From Sporopachydermia quercuum (lineage: Eukaryota): a stretch of 64,000 nt of DNA. Positions 59,145-64,000 of this stretch are shown piece after piece (within the stretch, counting starts at the first letter, position 1; each line of letters begins with the position of its first letter). The stretch spans positions 806,001 through 870,000 of the forward strand of contig BCGN01000005.1 in assembly GCA_001599295.1 (NCBI GenBank). The letters run 5' to 3'. Under the pieces are notes generated by a model. The model had not been told where the DNA came from, made no database searches, and worked only from the letters and a program-made list of their open reading frames with translations. Position numbers and translations under genes: made by a program.

Positions 59145-60016
59145 TTTGGATGGTGAATCTGATACTGATGAAATGAAGTAAGATGAATCTCTTCGATTTT
59201 GATTATAATACAAGTTCAGGAAACAGTTGACTGAGAGAAAAATAAGAATTGTCTATATCTTTCCGAACTTTGATCGAAGGAAAAGAATAAAGTGGGAACA
59301 ATTAACTATTAAATAGCATTATGGCAATTGTTTATCAATGGCAAAAGAAGGAGCTTAGTAAATGTGGCAAGGAGAGGATTATGATACATGTGAATTGGAA
59401 CATTGTGCATGGCCTCGCAGAGTTACTGCAGGACTGATATATGAGAGGTTACTCGAGGAGAACACTTGAAGATAGAAAGGTGAGTCAGTCACAAAATGTA
59501 AAGAGCTTTAATTTAGAAGACACATTTAACGTATAGATGATATAGATTGTTGAAAGTTTAAGATTGTTCTTATATGTTACAGATTGTGTTATCTTGGTTA
59601 TGTAGGTTACTCATGTATGGTACATGCAATGATATGCAAATGATATCTCTACATGTATAAGTAGAGGTTCTTTGCAACTCTTGATCAAGTATAATGACAA
59701 AAGCTATTATTATTAGAATACAAGGGAAAGATTAAGTATGATTAGTTCGGTCGTTCACCTCCTGGAATAATCTGTTTTAACTGTTAGTATTTAATTCGTT
59801 CTTAGGAATTTCGAGATTCCAGTGTTTTTCTCTTCTTTTTTCTATCATCAAAGGTTACGTACCATTGCAATTTGATTTCCACTCAACAGAATCTTCTTCA
59901 ACTTCTTAGGCTCATGAAGGTTACCACTGTGATGCCATTAGTAATCCGAAACTGCAAACAAATGAAATCAGAAAACTGACTCAAATACTTACTACGAAAC
60001 AACATCTTCTAGAACC

Positions 60017-60470
60017 ATGTCTATGTGGATTAGTTAGTGAGAATTTATGGGGTATGGAAGATAAAAGTGAGTGTGTGGTATATCCCTTTAAGTATCAATG
60101 TACTTACTAACGAAATTGTCAAATCCAGCTAGGGTGCCTGTAAATTCTAATGGGATTCAGTTAGTAAACAGCTCTTCCAATGGATTGTTAACATCACTCT
60201 CTCATATATCAACGTACCAGCATCGTCTGTCATCACAACAAACACTTTGGACCCAATACATTTGTCCACCAACTCCAAAGGAAGGATAGGTGACACTCCT
60301 TTTTCTGGTTGGGCGGCTTCTGACATTCTGGCTTATATCAGTCAAGTAATATGTTCACTGTACGTTTCAATGCTCATATTATGTTTCCTACCTATTATCC
60401 TTAAGTGTTCTATTAATTGAACTGCTAACCGCCATAGTAAAGTAATACACGAACTTCATACCAAATAAAA
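60017..60470 (+). other. putative unannotated spliced transcript (two introns; possible 57-58 aa micro-ORF or lncRNA)
   Basis: Intron 1: GTTAGT 60033 or GTGAGT 60067, TACTAAC, CAG 60128. Intron 2: GTACGT 60360, TGCTAAC 60423, TAG 60437. AATAAA at about 60464. Confidence 0.45.
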
Positions 60471-60838
60471 AGTTGCAAAGGACCATTTAATGTCTTCTAT
60501 GTAGCCCCCCATATAATTATCTCCTGACACCCCCTTTTAATGTTATTTTCATTTTTCTGATAACGTTATAATTTATATATCCCTCAACTGTTTCGTCATT
60601 TGGCTTTGTTCCTATTGTCTGTTGACAAAAGAAGAATTTGACAATACTGAATGCACGAGTGAAGAGAGATATTTCTGAACTATTGAAAGTCATTGTTGCA
60701 GAAAGTTGTGTCTGTATTTTGTATTATAAGCTGTGCATTTTAACTGATTGCATGTGTATGTGTTGAATGAACACTTACGCGTAGAAGTACTAAGAGAGAA
60801 GTGAAGGCAAGCAAGGTTGAGATAGTTATAGGTTCAAA

Positions 60839-61520
60839 ATGGCTAATAAATTTGTTATCGATATCCCAGCGCATTCTTATATTAGACCTCTTTTGCTATC
60901 AGATGTTGACAAATGTGTTGAACTGGAAAGTCTAGGTTTCCCACCTGAAGAAAGATGTTCTAAAGAAAAGGTATGTAGAAGTTATATCAGTAGTAGTTTT
61001 GTTGTTTTTTTTGTTGAGGATGGAAGCATAACTAACTAGAATGTTTGAACAGTTTGCTTACAGATTGACAGTTTGTCCTGAATTATCAGCAGGAATATTC
61101 ATTCATGGAGAAGAGAAACTGATAGGACATATACTTGGAACAAAAATGAGATCAGATGTTGTTACTGATGAAGCAATGGAAATTCCTGAAGTAGATGAGG
61201 CCTATTCAGAATTATATCTACGAAAATCCAAAGACGATAAGAGAGGCCATTTTGATGATGGAGATGTCATCGGTATTCATTCATTAGTTATTCATCCTGA
61301 TTACAGACATAAGAAGTTGGGACATTTTTTACTAAAAGACTATATTCAAAGAATGATTTCTCTACGAGTTGCTACCAAGATTAGTATCCTTGCTCATCGT
61401 TCACTAATTCCATTTTATGCGCCATTGGGATTTGTTGAATTAGGAGAGAGTGACGTTCAATTTGGTGGTGGTAACTGGTTAAATTTATCAGTTGATTTAA
61501 CTCCTGATGAAGAAGATTAG
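60839..61520 (+). CDS. PAA1: Polyamine N-acetyltransferase (GNAT/AANAT-like), 199 aa, two exons (60839-60970, 61053-61520)
   Basis: YIRPL...D...CVELESLGFPPEERCSKEK|FAYRLTVCPEL, LIGHILGTK, IGIHSLVIHPDY and LLKDYIQRM. Intron GTATGT..ACTAAC..CAG. Confidence 0.95.
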
Positions 61521-62727
61521 TTTGTTTTTGAGAAAGTTGTTGAAATTGGTTTGTTGTATTCATATTTTGCACCACAAGCATTGGAAACACTTCAACTGGC
61601 AAAAATTTTCTCTTTGGTCGCTAACACATTATACGGTCTCACAATTTATCTACTTATCTAATAATATATTTATTTCTTTGCTTGTCTACTTCATTTATTT
61701 ACTTGTTAACGTGGGTTTCACAGCTCTTGGGTTTAAATTAATTGGGTGATGTATTGACTCTCCACGTATCAAACAACCAACAAGTCGTTTGTTAATGAGA
61801 TCATGCATTATTTCTCTCCTCAACTTCTTTGTATTCTATTTATTATATGCTCCATAAACGTTTGATTCATCAAATATATGTCCTTTCATTGCTTTTGTTC
61901 CTTTTTGTACCTCGCTCTCTTGTTTGTTTCCTCTCTATTGAGAACCAATAACAGCATCATTAAATTATCAAAGGTTTTGCTCCGCGTAACTCTAAACCTA
62001 ATATGGACATGTCCCTTTTTGGTAGATGTTGATATGGTCAATGATAATAAATAAAGGTACCTGCTATAGTGATTGAGCCATTCTATGACTTAAATTTTGG
62101 TAGGAGATTCCTGATACTCATATTGAATAGAGACAAATACTGATTGATATTCTGAGCTGACTTTCAATCGTTGTGACTTATTGTAAATAAATTGCAGTTG
62201 ATGTAGGTGGATGCAATTATAGAATGTCTGTTAAGCTGATGATTGCTTTTCCGGACAAATATTAATCCTAAGCACGTGATGTGATGGAAACCTGATCAAG
62301 GATACGATAAAGAAAAGAAACTATACAACACTCTGTGATCCTGATATTGGGGTTCTACCGTTTTTCCATTGAATTCTCTCTTTTCCCTTCTTTGTTTTTG
62401 CTTCTAGATTAACAAGACGAATAAATATACCCCATTCTTATGAAATGAAAGATAAATGAATCCCATATAGACACATTCCAGACAAAACGACGGACTATCG
62501 TTCAGCAATGTCAATTCCTACAGTTCTCGGAGCAAATCCCTGTTCTTTTTTCAATTTCCGTCAAATGTAATACCCTCTGTTTATCTACCAATATTCTCAA
62601 ATTTTACTAGTATATCAAGGTCCTAAACAACGTTCAGTCACCTTTATATCGCTGTTCTGAACGAAGGAATCTCTGCCAACATAGCGTATCATCTCATGCT
62701 TTTTCAAATTCTTCGACATGTGTTCAC

Positions 62728-62735
62728 TTACCCGG
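62728..62735. promoter_or_regulatory. Reb1-type site TTACCCGG
   Basis: Exact Reb1 consensus about 345 bp upstream of the last ORF. Confidence 0.5.
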
Positions 62736-63077
62736 ATTTCGGTCTTGAATTTCAAATCCAATCTTTGCTACCTCTGTTTACAATGTTGTTTATCATGTCA
62801 CGATAACAATAATAATTACACCGGTAGAACCAACAAATCTTGGATATAGCAGTTAAGATCTCTATAAATCTTTGAAATAAACTATACGAAGTAGAAGAAG
62901 AAGAAGAGAGGGGAGATTGAAACGAATATTGAACAATTTTATGTAAGCGGTAAACACAAGTGATCAACGATTCTTTCTTGGAAGTGCTCACTCAGAACTG
63001 TAGTTTACAAGACTACAGGAGAACCCATCGTAAAGAGAATATTCAGAGATATAAAAAATTGCAGGTTGAATGACACG

Positions 63078-64000
63078 ATGATGCGTCAAAGATCTGAAGT
63101 TCCCATAGGCTTCAGCAACAATATGGGGAATCCTATGAATAATAACATGGGGAATAACATGGGGAGTAGTATGGGTAATGCGATAGGAAATATAAATAAT
63201 GCCATGAGCAACGGCATGGGTAATGTAATGGGAAACGTTATGGGAGCTCCAATGAATTCGATGGGAAATAACTTGGGGAATGCTATGAGTAACCCCATGG
63301 GCAACAATAGTATGGGTGTTAATATTGGAGGTCCTATGGCTAATAATAGTAGTGGGTTGATGAACAGTAGGAGGTCAAGCACTGAACCAGACCCAGCGCT
63401 GGAAATTGAATCACAACGAATAAGTTTAATCCTTGATATAAACGCTGAGCTTTTAAGAACAGCAATTCGTATTCAAGATGATAAGTCCTCTCAAAGGGAC
63501 AAACTGAAAGTTGAAATATATCAAGCTTGTCTTAGAAAACTGAATGCGAACATAGTATACCTATCTTCTTTGTCGGACCCACAGAAGAGATTTGTTCAAA
63601 ATCATTCATTAATAGCTCAAATGGTTGCTCCTATTCAACAACTAACGAAACTTGGTGATCATTTCAAAATGCTCCAGTCTTTATTTCCAGAATCTATGTT
63701 GTTATTACAAAGGAAAGCTATGTTGTTAAAACAGCAGCAACAACAGCAACAACAGCAGAACCAACAAATTCAGCTACCAACAGATTCTTCACAGCCTCCA
63801 CAGTCTCAGGTGCAGTTGCAGCTTCAAGCAAATCAACAGCAACGTCAAATTCCACAAACAAAGCAGCAACAATTGCAACAATTGCAACAATTACAGCAAT
63901 TACAACAACAGCAGCAGGCTAAACTACCGCCATCTCAGCAGCAACAACAACAGCCTACTCCAACACAAGCTCAGGCTTCCATGGCCGATGGTCGTAACGG
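63078..64000 (+). CDS. SNF11: SS18/SSXT (SNH) domain protein, probable SWI/SNF subunit Snf11-like, 3'-partial
   Basis: Absent from the ORF track because no stop falls within the window. Frame from ATG 63078 reads: M/G/N-rich repeats, RISLILDINAELL...YQACLRKLNANIVYLSSLSD (SSXT-like), then poly-Q. Adjacent to PAA1, as YDR073W is near YDR071C. Confidence 0.65.
   Translation, partial: MMRQRSEVPIGFSNNMGNPMNNNMGNNMGSSMGNAIGNINNAMSNGMGNVMGNVMGAPMNSMGNNLGNAMSNPMGNNSMGVNIGGPMANNSSGLMNSRRSSTEPDPALEIESQRISLILDINAELLRTAIRIQDDKSSQRDKLKVEIYQACLRKLNANIVYLSSLSDPQKRFVQNHSLIAQMVAPIQQLTKLGDHFKMLQSLFPESMLLLQRKAMLLKQQQQQQQQQNQQIQLPTDSSQPPQSQVQLQLQANQQQRQIPQTKQQQLQQLQQLQQLQQQQQAKLPPSQQQQQQPTPTQAQASMADGRN

Noticed and set aside
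62941..63065. Second split start codon AT|GTAAGC...CAG|G in frame with the SS18-like ORF
   Set aside because: No credible branch-point motif near the acceptor, and an in-frame ATG ATG is already available at 63078.
63086..63382. 98-aa hydrophobic minus-strand ORF, and similar short ORFs overlapping real genes
   Set aside because: Antisense shadows of repetitive coding sequence; no independent evidence.

Overview
AT-rich budding-yeast (Saccharomycotina) chromosomal window, probably from an intron-richer lineage outside Saccharomycetaceae. Introns have GTATGT/GTAAGT donors, ACTAAC-type branch points and YAG acceptors. CTG falls at conserved Leu positions. Scattered single Ns suggest a heterozygous or ambiguous consensus. 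I find 23 protein-coding genes, six reconstructed across introns: TRM8 (partial), a YDL199C-like sugar porter, a hydantoinase/oxoprolinase-DUF917 fusion, an atypical thioredoxin, SLX5, an ATOS/FAM214-like gene, an SLC35F-like transporter, VPS68, PHO81, a mitochondrial carrier, an ESC1-like giant acidic protein, TRS130, HEM4, RKM3, GRX5, a YDR061W-like ABC ATPase, LCB2, DOS2, DOA4, OCA6, DDI1, PAA1 and a partial SS18/Snf11-like gene absent from the ORF track. I found no tRNA, rRNA, CRISPR array or intact transposon. Best leads: (1) an Esc1 homologue with an RG tract and a LANA/IL-33-like LRSG tail; (2) an unannotated two-intron transcript between DDI1 and PAA1; (3) intron signatures plus Pho4-type boxes upstream of PHO81, whose start codon is itself split by an intron; (4) deep synteny with S. 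cerevisiae YDR061W-YDR073W, linking the SS18-domain gene to SNF11. All homology calls come from recalled motifs, not database searches.
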